Part shown: piece after piece, positions 12,501 to 21,921 of the stretch
Numbering within the stretch: the stretch's first letter is position 1
Layout: each line of letters starts with the position of its first letter
Origin: a virus
IMG/VR virus record: IMGVR_UViG_3300050821_023931
Coordinates: 1 to 64,000 of that record
DNA: 64,000 bases
Strand: one strand, 5' to 3'
Notes under the pieces: model-generated
Seen by the model: only the letters and a program-made list of their open reading frames with translations
Told to the model about the DNA's origin: nothing
Databases searched by the model: none
Made by a program: the position numbers and the translations under genes

Positions 12501-15500
12501 GTATATTGGTTAAGATCCTTTAAATTATGCTCAAGTCTATTATTAGATGGTTGTGGTCCTACTGGTATTGTTTTAGATGTTGCTGGTGTATGAATTCCTG
12601 GTAATTTTAATCTTGTTGCTATACCACTATTTAAAGTATATGTTGTAAATGAAGGTGTAGCTTTTTGTATACCATCAAATAAATTAACAAAGAATAGACC
12701 TTCTTGTGAAACAGATATTGCTGGATCACTTGCGTATTTTCGTACAACTGGTGATCCACTAGTTGAGTACATATCTGTTACACTGGTAACATTATAAGAA
12801 GCAGCAACACTATTATTAATTAATTTGGTTGAATAATTTATTGAGAATTTATTAATCTTAGTTGATGTATCATACAAATAAATACTTGTTGTATCTAATG
12901 CTATTTTATTTGCTATAGCTTGATAATTAATCTTATCTGCTATCATACCAGTTACTACAGGAGTGTTGATAGTTCCCCAATCTGTAATAACAGATAAATT
13001 AGCCGTATTAAATTTAGAACCACTTTTTAAAGCATTAACCTGTATCGTATTATTGTTTATTGTAGTCGTATAATTTATATAAGCACCACTCAACTCAATT
13101 ATATTATCTACAACATAACCAGAAGTTGACTCTGATGAAAGTTGAAGATTGAATACAGCTCCACTAGTTGAAGCTAAACCAACAAGACCTGAAGCCATGT
13201 TAGCATTTGTAGTAATACCAGTATTTATTTCTTCAAGTCTGTTAATAGTAAAAGGCTTACCATTGGTTGCTGAATGATTAGCACCAGCTTTTGTTTGTGC
13301 AACTAATAAGGTTCCTTCATAAGTTAATGTGTAATTAGTAAACGAACTATTTGTAATATCTAATAAAGTTCTTACAAGTATTACTTGACTCTCATCACCG
13401 AGAATAAAATTTACCCATCCACCATAAATGCCAGGATTAAATCCATCAATAGAAGATTGTGCTGGACTATATGCAGAAGTTGAATAAAGACCATTTGTAC
13501 CAAAAGCAAAAGATGATGTACCATTTATAGGTGTGAAATCAGATAATTTATAAAGTGTAACAGCACCATTCTCAAAAGTTTCAGTAAATGTTATTGTATC
13601 ACTAGCTACCTGAGCAATAGTACCAACTTCATAATTTATTGTATTCAACGATCCTGATGTACCATTTAAATAGATAGGTGATGTGTTGACCGTATTTCCA
13701 CCAATTAAAATATTAAATATATCATATCCACCAGTATTTGAACCTAATAATTGTATAGTACCATTTGTACCACCAGATATATTTACTGTTCCGGTATCTA
13801 ATGTTCCTGTTATTGTTGTAGCAGTTAAAGAAGCTGTAGTTCCTGTACTTCTGAATATATCAAGAGATTGTCCTTTAAGATTAACTGTGTAACCATTAGA
13901 AATTATCTTATCTCTAAGTCTTCTTAACATATAATCCTGATCCTGACTAAATGGATTTATAAGTGTTTTAGCTATCGTTGTAACACCATCATTTATCTGA
14001 ACAACATAAGGCACATTGTTATTATTAAAAGTTAAATTACCATAATAGAATGGATCTAACGCTATTCCACCAAAAGGATTTGAATTGAAATCGTAATATG
14101 ACCCAGTATATGAACCCTGTGTACCATAAACACTATTATAACCATAAATGAAACTATAAGAACTTCCAGATGTTGCAGCACTAGATCCTGAAGAACCATA
14201 AATGTTATACAACACCAATATATTATCATTACTCACTGCTATATCAATAGGTGTAACAGAATATTCAAAAGCTAAACCACTTGATGAGAAATTACTAATT
14301 ACTTCAGGTGTGGGTAATACAAAATTATCTGAATTAGATTTTACGCTAACAGAACCATTAGCTAAAATAACAGCCTTACTTTTAAATGAAACAAGTTTAC
14401 TTATATTTGGAAGATTATCAGATATCAAAGTTCTATTTAATGTGGGGTTACCATTTGTTCCAGATATAGCTTCTAAACGAACCAAACTAGTATTATCTGT
14501 ATAATATACTAAGTAGTTTGAATGATCCGTAAAACTTGAAACTGATATAAGATTAGCTTCGTCAAAAACTAAATCATTCTCAGAATGATTGTATAATACT
14601 TCTGAACCATTTAATATGCTTAAATTAACTGAACCGTTTTCGTTAATATCATTTATAGGTTTAGTCATACCAATATCGACTGGTATAAAATAACTCCAAC
14701 CAGCTGTAGAAGCTGATAAATTTTTACTTACATATAAGGTATCCGTATTATCATAGAAATATAAACTGATACCACTCGTTGAAGAGTTCTTGATAAATTG
14801 TAAATCTTTTACTGTTCCTGTATGAAGTGTATAACTAACAGATGCTGTTGCTGAATCTATCAATTTTATTTTCGTACCATCCGAAACAGCAAACATTGTT
14901 TTTCCTTGATACGATACAGAAGAGAATTTCTTATCATTAACAGAAATAGACGATGAAGTTCCTGTTATTAAAGCTGTAGTTACAGTACCTGTATTATCAA
15001 ATAATTGGTATAAAGAAGGAGAAGATACACCAACTAAACCATATAAAAGTGTATCTGTACCAGCTATATCAACGAGATTAGAAAGTACAACAGTACTAGT
15101 GAAAGCATTAGTAGCTTCTTGTACAATAGTATCATTTAAGACATAATTGAAATTACCACATCTGTCTAATGTTCGTACCGGTATATTTAAAATATTATAA
15201 TTAGAACCTGGGTTCTCTTTAAACTGTTTGTATCGGCCTTTAGTAACGGTGTTATTTTGATATATGCAATTTGTTACAGCATCATAAGTAATGATGTTTC
15301 CATTATTAACAAGTATATAATTAGAACTTTGTGAAATATTTGAGTCATATTGTGGTTCAACACTATAGAATGTATCATCTTGTGTACCACCTATTATTAT
15401 TCTGTCTGGAACTTGTTGTGATCTGTATATTTCTCCTCCGTTAGTACCAAAGGATGTATTTACAGTCATATACAAATCATTAGTAGCTTTATTAAGAAAC

Positions 15501-18500
15501 TCTGACCAAACATTAGCTCCAGGAGTAATTATTTCAGATTCCATTCTATAAACAGTACCATCATTGAATAAAAGATACAGACAAATACAATCAAAGGTTC
15601 CTGTGTTAAAAGTATCACAAGTTAAATCTATGATTCCTGGAATAGTGTCTATTAAAGTAGATGTTATTGCACCTATTGAAGATATAGCTAGTTCATATAA
15701 ACTATCTGCTAACATAACATAAAGATAAGTGTATCCGGATAAGTTAATACCTGTTATTAACCGATAACTTGTGTTGTATGTTAGTGTAAATGGTGTTCCA
15801 ATACTTAGTAGTCTAGTTGATGTTGTAAAATATACATGACTTGCCGTACCAACTAATACATGTACTAAATCTAATATAGGCTCATTCGTTAACGATATAA
15901 GTTCTGTAGGTTGTGTTGAAATATTATTAGTAACCTGAATTTGGTACTGATTACCTTCATCATTTATAGATGAGAAATATATTGTATTAGTATCAGGACC
16001 AAATACCATTCTTAATGGTGTAAAGTTTAAAACAGGAATAGAGTTTACATAAAGATTAGGTAAACTTTCGTTAACCTTTATTAATCTTTCTATTGTAGAT
16101 GGATCAGGACTTTTATCATCACTTAACCAATATTGATAAGAAGTTGTAGAATTTACAAGATCTAGTAATCTTAATTTTGTATTAGGATTATTAAATCCTG
16201 CAATACCGGAAACGAAATCTGTAAAGCCTATTACAGTAGAGTCTGCTGGGTATAACTCACTGGCAGCATTATATAAAAGTCTAGCATTCTGATAACCGAG
16301 TCTGATATTATTGACTTGGTAACTTAAAGCATTATTTGGGTTTAATTCATTCGTAGTAACACTATTATCTAATGAAGAAATATAGATTCTTTTTATTCTT
16401 TGTGTAGTACCAAAATCAGATGGTTCATTAACAATAAAATAAAAAGTATTGAATATAGTTGTTAATGTATCGTCAACTGTGATTGTAGAAACAGGATATT
16501 GTATATCAGAAATATCTTCAGTATATATTAGAGTTGGTGAAGAACTTAATATGAAAACATTGTTTTGTAAATTTAATGATACTTGATATATTAAATTACC
16601 CTGATATAAAAACAGAGATGTTTTTTCTGTATTTTTAACCCGTATACCATTCATATAACCATATGAAATTGTGTTAGCAATACTAAATCCTGTTACACCT
16701 TGATTAACAGTATTTGTATTAATACTGTAAATTTGACCATTTCTTAAATAAAGAATATCATTAAAGTTTAAAGAAACATCTGTTGTTAAAAGAAAATCTG
16801 CTTCTTCTACGGTAGCATTATTGAAATTATCAGCAATCCATATATCTTTATAAACAATGATTTTAGTTTGTGTCTGTGTAGAGACTGTTATATTATTAAT
16901 AGAATTAATATAATCAGCATTTTTAGTCTGTTGAATAATTTGAAACTGTGTCTTATCTTTACTAACTCTTAACCATCTGTATTCAGTTACACTTATATTA
17001 TTTGTAATTACATCAAAATCATCAAGAAAATAAACCCAAGGAGAATTGTCTGATGTAACCATTTTACTAATACGGTTAAAAGCAAATATTTCTTTCTCTG
17101 GATTATTCAATATTATACCGATAACATCAAGACTATCTGTATTCGTATTATATTCAATCACACGTTGATAAATTCTATCAGCAAACCAGAACAGACCAGT
17201 TTGTAATTCAAGAACATCAATACTATTGTTAATTACAACCAATGGTAATTGATTAGCCTCTGGAGGATTCGGATTATCTAATGTATCATCAAGACCATTG
17301 TATATTTTAAGTCTAGTACCATACTGATCTCTATTGATAATATTGAATTGTTGATTATTAAATACATTCGGGCTTATATTATCAAAATCTTGGAATATTA
17401 TATTGTAATCATTTTGATAAAACGACGGTTGGTCTAATTGTATCCATCCATTACCATCTACATATATAACACTTGGTGCTGAATTCGATTGATTAGTAGC
17501 ATCATTTCTACTTCTGTTGTTTAGAATACCACCATTGCTTTTATCTTTGAATACGCCAAGACCAGTAAGATATGTTCCACCTCTAAAATCAATGCTATCA
17601 ACCCCAGCGTTCTCAATCGATCCATTTAGAAATATACCATTCTTGAATAACCCTCTTTTCCAAAAACCGTTATTCCAGGTTCCGTTATACCATATAGAGT
17701 CACCAAGAGCAAAAGTATTATCTACATTTTCTGCTTGAGCATCAAAACTATTAGTCATGATTCCTTCCATCCAAACACCTGATAACCAAACACCCGATAG
17801 GTAAATACCGTTATTAAAATTACCATTTTTCCAATATCCTGAACGCCATACTGCTTGTATATTGGTATTTGTTAAATCATCACTAAAAATAGAATTAAAG
17901 TTACCATTTTTGAAAATATTGTCTTGAATAAGACCAGAATTAAAATCACCATTCTCCCAAATAGAAGTACCAACAACATTATAACTTCTCTCATTTATTA
18001 ATTCATAATCAATAAATATATCAGATGCTGATATGTTAGGTATAAATGATGTGTCAAGTGTGATTGTAAGATCATATTTGTTAATGTCTATAATTCTAAG
18101 TTTAGTGTCAATATTAGTTTTTACATTAGTAATTCTGTTTTCTGTTGTATTACTATCGATATTAACAACTAATGTTATTTGTCTAACAATATTAATGTTG
18201 GCAACTTCTACCCAATCCCAATATTTAAAATCATCTATACTCTCTACAGATAATGTGAGAGTATCTCTTGTACCATTTAATATATCTGTAAAAACCGTAA
18301 GAGTTCCTTTTTTATAACCAGTCTGCCAGCTTCCAGCATTCCATACACCCTTACAGAAGTTAGATTTAGAAATTCTTGCATATTGAAGGTTTAATGGTAT
18401 TGAAGGAACAACTGCATTAATGACAACAGCAAATCTTAATCTTTCTTGAAGATCCGCTGTATAAAGTATATTTATAATTGGGAATACATTCATATTTAAG

Positions 18501-19945
18501 AATGATTCACCTATCTGATCCGAATAAGATTGTAAGTAAGTATTACCAATAACACTTTTGATATATGATATCAATATTTCATCACCTATTTTAAAATGAC
18601 TTAGGTATTGTTGATCAATTTCTATGTTTACACTAGTTCCATTTTGATAGATATTTAATATTCTAAAAGTAGAAGCACCAACCCATGAACCATTTATCCA
18701 TATAATATCTTTAACTAAAATATCAGTAGCAATACCTGTTACTGGTGTAGAGTCGAATATTCCACCTTCCCAAATAACGGTTGAATATTCGGAAGATGCT
18801 TGGCCAGATTTGAATATACCATTCCAAAATTTACCACCTTGTAAGGCTATATTTGTATAACTTCCAGAAAGTATATCAGTATCGAAAAAGCGTCCTGTAT
18901 CAAATGAGTTTGGTTTAATTGGTGAATCGCTAATAAGAATTTCCAAATTAAAATATCCTATCTCTTTAAATAAACGTTGAGTTATATCTGTTGTAATAGC
19001 AGATAATTCAGTATTTATTTCTTTTATGAATACACTGTTATCAACAATAGAATCAATATTAAAAACTCTATCATTTTTACCAAGATTAATATATTTGTTT
19101 TTGAGTCTAAGTTGTATTGAAAACCCAGCATTATATGCTTGTTGAAGTTCATATGGTAATGATAGAAATTGAATTTTATCATCAGTTATGTTTAAATAAT
19201 GATTGTTTAAATAAATTCGTCCAATATTTCCACTAACAAAAATATTATATCCAGCACCATTAAAATTATTAGCAAAAGTTACTATATTAATTCTTGAACT
19301 ATCATTTGGATCCTTTATAGAACCAAATTGGTTAAGTTCTTGATATTTACCTGTTTTATTAGAATTATATTTACTTGTAAATGCACCATATTGTATGGAT
19401 CCTCCTATTACGGTACCTTGTGTAAATTGAGCTGGTGTATTAATATATTTATTGTTGAATTTAGCTGAATTTGTTTGAACAGGATTTTCTGAATCACCAT
19501 TTTCTGAAATTTTAAATTCTCCAAACAAACCACTGTTAAAAATTCCACCATTAAATTCACCTCTAACAAATACTGATTTAGAAAGATATGCTTCCTTGAT
19601 ATCATTAACGCCTGGTGAGGTTAAATAAACCGTTGGTGGATTAATTATTAAACTAGTAATACCAGCTGATGTAAAGGATTCATTACCTATTGTAATAGGA
19701 ATGTTAAGAGTAATACTATTTGAATTATTAGTATTATCTATATCTAAAATCGTATATCCAGCAGCAAAAGGATCATAAAGATTATAGGCTGGATTTTCAG
19801 GTTTAGTAAATTTCGTGTTATCATAATTACCTCCATGTATAAATACTCTATCACCAATTGAAAGATTAGAATCTAATTCAGTATAAAATTTTAGATAGTT
19901 ACCATTTAAATCTACATAATTTAAAAGTTTAACACTATTTGACAT
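6572..19945 (-). CDS. Giant virion structural protein (4457 aa) with (W/F)xxGx pentapeptide beta-helix-like blocks
   Basis: Uninterrupted 13.4-kb ORF rich in N/T/S/I/G; repeats such as WYNGTWNNGFWKRGLFKNGIFLNG; GATATATAAA upstream. Confidence 0.75.
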   Translation of the reverse strand: MSNSVKLLNYVDLNGNYLKFYTELDSNLSIGDRVFIHGGNYDNTKFTKPENPAYNLYDPFAAGYTILDIDNTNNSNSITLNIPITIGNESFTSAGITSLIINPPTVYLTSPGVNDIKEAYLSKSVFVRGEFNGGIFNSGLFGEFKISENGDSENPVQTNSAKFNNKYINTPAQFTQGTVIGGSIQYGAFTSKYNSNKTGKYQELNQFGSIKDPNDSSRINIVTFANNFNGAGYNIFVSGNIGRIYLNNHYLNITDDKIQFLSLPYELQQAYNAGFSIQLRLKNKYINLGKNDRVFNIDSIVDNSVFIKEINTELSAITTDITQRLFKEIGYFNLEILISDSPIKPNSFDTGRFFDTDILSGSYTNIALQGGKFWNGIFKSGQASSEYSTVIWEGGIFDSTPVTGIATDILVKDIIWINGSWVGASTFRILNIYQNGTSVNIEIDQQYLSHFKIGDEILISYIKSVIGNTYLQSYSDQIGESFLNMNVFPIINILYTADLQERLRFAVVINAVVPSIPLNLQYARISKSNFCKGVWNAGSWQTGYKKGTLTVFTDILNGTRDTLTLSVESIDDFKYWDWVEVANINIVRQITLVVNIDSNTTENRITNVKTNIDTKLRIIDINKYDLTITLDTSFIPNISASDIFIDYELINERSYNVVGTSIWENGDFNSGLIQDNIFKNGNFNSIFSDDLTNTNIQAVWRSGYWKNGNFNNGIYLSGVWLSGVWMEGIMTNSFDAQAENVDNTFALGDSIWYNGTWNNGFWKRGLFKNGIFLNGSIENAGVDSIDFRGGTYLTGLGVFKDKSNGGILNNRSRNDATNQSNSAPSVIYVDGNGWIQLDQPSFYQNDYNIIFQDFDNISPNVFNNQQFNIINRDQYGTRLKIYNGLDDTLDNPNPPEANQLPLVVINNSIDVLELQTGLFWFADRIYQRVIEYNTNTDSLDVIGIILNNPEKEIFAFNRISKMVTSDNSPWVYFLDDFDVITNNISVTEYRWLRVSKDKTQFQIIQQTKNADYINSINNITVSTQTQTKIIVYKDIWIADNFNNATVEEADFLLTTDVSLNFNDILYLRNGQIYSINTNTVNQGVTGFSIANTISYGYMNGIRVKNTEKTSLFLYQGNLIYQVSLNLQNNVFILSSSPTLIYTEDISDIQYPVSTITVDDTLTTIFNTFYFIVNEPSDFGTTQRIKRIYISSLDNSVTTNELNPNNALSYQVNNIRLGYQNARLLYNAASELYPADSTVIGFTDFVSGIAGFNNPNTKLRLLDLVNSTTSYQYWLSDDKSPDPSTIERLIKVNESLPNLYVNSIPVLNFTPLRMVFGPDTNTIYFSSINDEGNQYQIQVTNNISTQPTELISLTNEPILDLVHVLVGTASHVYFTTSTRLLSIGTPFTLTYNTSYRLITGINLSGYTYLYVMLADSLYELAISSIGAITSTLIDTIPGIIDLTCDTFNTGTFDCICLYLLFNDGTVYRMESEIITPGANVWSEFLNKATNDLYMTVNTSFGTNGGEIYRSQQVPDRIIIGGTQDDTFYSVEPQYDSNISQSSNYILVNNGNIITYDAVTNCIYQNNTVTKGRYKQFKENPGSNYNILNIPVRTLDRCGNFNYVLNDTIVQEATNAFTSTVVLSNLVDIAGTDTLLYGLVGVSSPSLYQLFDNTGTVTTALITGTSSSISVNDKKFSSVSYQGKTMFAVSDGTKIKLIDSATASVSYTLHTGTVKDLQFIKNSSTSGISLYFYDNTDTLYVSKNLSASTAGWSYFIPVDIGMTKPINDINENGSVNLSILNGSEVLYNHSENDLVFDEANLISVSSFTDHSNYLVYYTDNTSLVRLEAISGTNGNPTLNRTLISDNLPNISKLVSFKSKAVILANGSVSVKSNSDNFVLPTPEVISNFSSSGLAFEYSVTPIDIAVSNDNILVLYNIYGSSGSSAATSGSSYSFIYGYNSVYGTQGSYTGSYYDFNSNPFGGIALDPFYYGNLTFNNNNVPYVVQINDGVTTIAKTLINPFSQDQDYMLRRLRDKIISNGYTVNLKGQSLDIFRSTGTTASLTATTITGTLDTGTVNISGGTNGTIQLLGSNTGGYDIFNILIGGNTVNTSPIYLNGTSGSLNTINYEVGTIAQVASDTITFTETFENGAVTLYKLSDFTPINGTSSFAFGTNGLYSTSAYSPAQSSIDGFNPGIYGGWVNFILGDESQVILVRTLLDITNSSFTNYTLTYEGTLLVAQTKAGANHSATNGKPFTINRLEEINTGITTNANMASGLVGLASTSGAVFNLQLSSESTSGYVVDNIIELSGAYINYTTTINNNTIQVNALKSGSKFNTANLSVITDWGTINTPVVTGMIADKINYQAIANKIALDTTSIYLYDTSTKINKFSINYSTKLINNSVAASYNVTSVTDMYSTSGSPVVRKYASDPAISVSQEGLFFVNLFDGIQKATPSFTTYTLNSGIATRLKLPGIHTPATSKTIPVGPQPSNNRLEHNLKDLNQYTTNRNFDVDVLINGYKHTNSTTYPFVLDSVNSPYITGRVMYNLYLTGNVSFNVGGTPYTAHLVSSVWDPYISDTSNGLFIGSWDTPKYVDYNYNSKESRFLNGIFQGEWYDGIFEGGLFENFGNGTISTFHEGLVLSDNNNVTFASGRIEPDSRRNDITYVELNLDTNQLILRITALYNLDGQYLEDASPLAKTDLIRIPGLFKEEKININEVRKLSFDPNGIEELLLVCDVPEWLDSTISIATLWTNQNIFIAGLVSSQVPGEDVYINRLYIELFGEQTVTSTFVVNNQLYVTIQCENTLTDPSYVFPVGQKPYIWMNQIFRIIDKKNLNSIKSEIEILLEYPSPEFISASDKLNWVKGALIMDSVYVEYSGTSGISTFLSASQNKAVVYAPQYAQVFRTNFVQTNFPISLTSDTTLTNISFKDIIKTGIVMSSALVVGEDIMIENSDITSVNNYTLRGAVNPSNPVLSGKLNNVIFLSGETDLDFYTGAWLNLDRYGFSNGTSKFKSVTYNQYIPASGTYVATTLQSSFFGENYLLLNNRVSFTNNTLTLTIPSANDLLWNVNDYITLRGFSGVNSYLLGSSRSRVFRITNYSYDPFGLLATVQITLPKAVNVVIDSEEITLFSDQPLTITGDQDITNYTLISDTDTLPFTYTLSTAYLSNNVWNGGDFDGLIFNGIWNGGNFRNGAFGSTSGATAQWFSDTESYYWGGLTELVKTTNDTNYTITIDLTGKPFLTGDLVYVRFNDYLREDSFYAIVDMNKKVNGFTLNNFTVGEYGVNIIRYKTNNTLFLNQNLSLGPESDITLHTAASNSFGTNGGWTETETFVVTPNTEDAQWDINSVSRDSIFYNGVFMSDIFRSGVMMAGHNNSSLKLIWKYGVNEGATLYNTLWIGGFNNGGVHYNTEWLRGRWSNGEWRSGSWFSFDQNLNYNLPYSIWTGGVWYSRNTANYLPNGQSYNTGNNSLITNNYQLATESSVWYGGIWESPVVTDINGNLKTYTWDSDFTQQFGVQISNTINDEALLLPKVSSLWLGGQWYRGEFRGGIFYGGIWHSKSLQNEDKYFSIDVASDFNLVSNMFTGNLTFTISNNGVPFYSQVINSLPLGSSTINNGISTILKNVSTAFKSNLYPVTYTSDLDSNGIAVNGKLIFQNKNLTDSWSAVYNTAASGEAILLNNYVIDSYDVTQSKFKGGKFINAVWLGGIVDDVTDPNEIIFGDCIGDNVQLISDDSGFNNESVSFNESIISNTQTITGINLFNNQTSISSIWKSLKAVPLNSIYSAVWTRGIWKNGIFKHSSWYNLATDIFVDNYYVSKFNYQSKFRKGLFYGSVWDGGLWVASNGKFVQNGIVISDNLISTFSESRWKKGYWTTDDTHTTIVANAGDETEVTNSTFWRSVWDCGVFEGGVFDLSVWRSGYVVNDIPTISMAATSGTAGTSGSNQVYLQYQRNKLTIEYDLDNIYGTSGTNGTSGESNTRSYDVLSVMDNMKLLSPTNIVSNYYNQMLGYNWSFNVTDNTGTRNIAQSATINVDNQKFNGTYGTAGITSISLTTQDLSLLNPYRFTGNVDNFASIWINGIMRGSIWHGGVWMRGMFLHKETPNKDFFNQKPINDIGLVNTSYQEFNLGFWFRGIWLAGYFGYYNDTQVEISNDWNTYLNSYNNPRNRSLYMSMDPFTITSDMDPTSISGYRVATTLSNIYNHISTSSIFTRATNKLSTGRGFHSVFNGHMLGGSILDNDTKMDRKILISSFAIIGNVYVSGSSTSGNTVDPGAALNFKLRNATTIDNSTQLPLPLDYNQLSNKYNYYNTIPSINLVSNINYGNSFNYTFRHNNSKYGDGTLSTDLPSLAQGAIEHFHKTELIGEPFHSTSGVVDYSSATTISTIDYVQNVANNDLILLITLNNYDLTTGIVNEFTITPNPKTGSGSLTINSGIDPNGLIQQTSYIYNGSNIITNSTTMFVAKVNKPTTSNLIIGTSYFIAIQLS

Positions 19946-19967
19946 CCAGACATATTTTATTATTGCC

Positions 19968-19977
19968 TTTATATATC
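19968..19977 (-). promoter_or_regulatory. Putative late promoter GATATATAAA
   Basis: ATATATA core recurs upstream of structural genes; analogous to the T4 late TATAAATA. Confidence 0.6.
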
Positions 19978-20025
19978 AAAAGAATAATTATTTCAATAGA
20001 TAATCGAGATGTTTTTTAAAAAATA

Positions 20026-20045
20026 AAAGGCCCCGAAGGGCCTTT
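20026..20045 (-). terminator. Intrinsic terminator with C(UUCG)G tetraloop after dnaK
   Basis: Minus strand AAAGGCCC-TTCG-GGGCCTTT followed by a T-rich run. Confidence 0.85.
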
Positions 20046-20048
20046 ATA

Positions 20049-21920
20049 TTATTTTACTTCTTCATAATCTACAGTTTCAGCATCTTGAGGTGTCTCTGAA
20101 GCTTCTGTTTGAGCTTCTGTTGTAGCAGAATTTGATTGTATTTCACCATAAAACTTACTAAGCTCCTGATTAAGACTTGTAGTTAAAGAATCCATTTTCG
20201 TAAAGTCTTTAGAATTCTTAGCTTCTATGAGATCTTTAATTAAAGTTTCAACTGAAGACTTAGTTGCTGGTGTCACTTTGTCACCATATTCTTTGAATTG
20301 TTTTTCGGCCTGAAATATTGTTGATTCAACAGCATTAAGTTTCTCAACTTCCTCTTTGAATTTCTTATCAGCTTCAGCATTTGCTTCCGCTTCACTTTTC
20401 ATTCGTTCTATTTCTTCTTTTGTTAGAGATGTTTTATTATCAATTCTGATAGATTGTTGTTTACCAGTATTTTTTTCTCTTGCTGTAACAGTAAGTATAC
20501 TGTTTGCATCTACACTGAATTTAACTTCTATCTGAGGTGTTCCACGCATTCCTGGGGGAATTCCATCAAGAGTAAATTTACCAAGAGATTTATTATCAGA
20601 AGCTCTTGTTCTTTCACCTTGTAAAACATGTATTTCAACAGATGTTTGATTGTCTGAAGCTGTAGAATAAACTTCTGTTTTTTCTGTTGGTATAGTTGTA
20701 TTACCATCAATCATCTTTGTAAAAACGCTTCCAAAAGTTTCTATACCAAGTGAAATTGGTAAAACGTCTAAAAGTAAAATATCAGTTGTTTCTCCAGTCA
20801 AAACGCCACCTTGCAGAGCTGCACCCTCAGAGACACAAAGATCCAAATTCAATGTTTTATTAAGTTTTTTACCAAAGAATTCTTCTAATTTTGTTTGTAA
20901 AGAAGGTATGCGACAGCTCCCACCAACAAGTAAGATATCGTCAATTGATGTTATATCGATATTTTCTTTTTTTAGACATTTATCACATAAATCAATAATT
21001 CTATTATTGAAAAATTCTATCAACTGTTCGAATTTTGATCTACTAATTGTTTTATTTAAATGTAAAGGTACACCATTTAAAACTGTTATATACGGAAGAG
21101 AAATATCAGAAGAAGGGCTAGAGCTTAATTCGCATTTTAGTTTTTCGGATGCTTCTATAAGTCTTTGTAAAGACATTGTGTCTTTTCTTAGATCAAATCC
21201 AGTTTCTGTGAGAAACTCAGTGGCAACATAATTTATAATTGCCTCATCCACAAGAAATCCACCTAAATCTAAATCGCCATGGGTTGATACTATCTCAAAA
21301 ATATTATCTGAAATATTTACAACTGAAATATCTACAGTGGAACCTCCAGCATCAACAACTATTACAGTTTTTTCAGTATCATCTGGATATTTCACATTTA
21401 AACAACCAGCTGTAGGCTCACTAATAATCCTTTCAACTTGAAGATTGCTTATAATACCAGCATTTTTAGTTGCTTCTCTTTCTTCATTATTAAAGAAAGC
21501 TGGTACTGTAATAACAGCTCTTGTTATTTCTTCACCCAAATAATCTTCAGCAGTTTTCTTCAATTTTTGAAGTATCATGGCTGATATTTCTTCTGGTGAA
21601 TAAACTCGGTCACCAATTTGAACAGCAGCCCTACCGTTTGAATTTACAATTTTGTAGGGGCGTTTTAAATCTTTCACTTGATCATACGTTTTACCCATTA
21701 ATCTCTTAATGTTATAGATGGTATTCTCTGGATTCATGTTGGCTTGTCTTTTTGCTGAATCGCCAACCTTTATACCATCTTTCGTGAAAGCCACCCAACT
21801 TGGGGTAGTGTATAAACCTTCAGAATTAGGTATAGTTTTTACTTCCCCACCTTCGATAATTGATACAGCAGAATTTGAGCTTCCCAAATCTATTCCGATT
21901 ATTTTGTTTGATTTTGACAT
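20049..21920 (-). CDS. dnaK: Hsp70 chaperone DnaK (divergent)
   Basis: GIDLGSSNS, IKRLMG, AVITVPAFF, DILLLDVLPISLGIET, GTPQIEVKF; C-terminus DYEEVK. Confidence 0.95.
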   Translation of the reverse strand: MSKSNKIIGIDLGSSNSAVSIIEGGEVKTIPNSEGLYTTPSWVAFTKDGIKVGDSAKRQANMNPENTIYNIKRLMGKTYDQVKDLKRPYKIVNSNGRAAVQIGDRVYSPEEISAMILQKLKKTAEDYLGEEITRAVITVPAFFNNEEREATKNAGIISNLQVERIISEPTAGCLNVKYPDDTEKTVIVVDAGGSTVDISVVNISDNIFEIVSTHGDLDLGGFLVDEAIINYVATEFLTETGFDLRKDTMSLQRLIEASEKLKCELSSSPSSDISLPYITVLNGVPLHLNKTISRSKFEQLIEFFNNRIIDLCDKCLKKENIDITSIDDILLVGGSCRIPSLQTKLEEFFGKKLNKTLNLDLCVSEGAALQGGVLTGETTDILLLDVLPISLGIETFGSVFTKMIDGNTTIPTEKTEVYSTASDNQTSVEIHVLQGERTRASDNKSLGKFTLDGIPPGMRGTPQIEVKFSVDANSILTVTAREKNTGKQQSIRIDNKTSLTKEEIERMKSEAEANAEADKKFKEEVEKLNAVESTIFQAEKQFKEYGDKVTPATKSSVETLIKDLIEAKNSKDFTKMDSLTTSLNQELSKFYGEIQSNSATTEAQTEASETPQDAETVDYEEVK

Positions 21921-21921
21921 A

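Noticed and set aside
8736-19605. Short antisense or alternate-frame ORFs inside the giant gene (and similar ones inside dnaK, 35643, 45530-50304, 58205/58345, 61763, 62345)
   Set aside because: Shadow ORFs overlapping well-supported long genes, with no motifs or promoters of their own.
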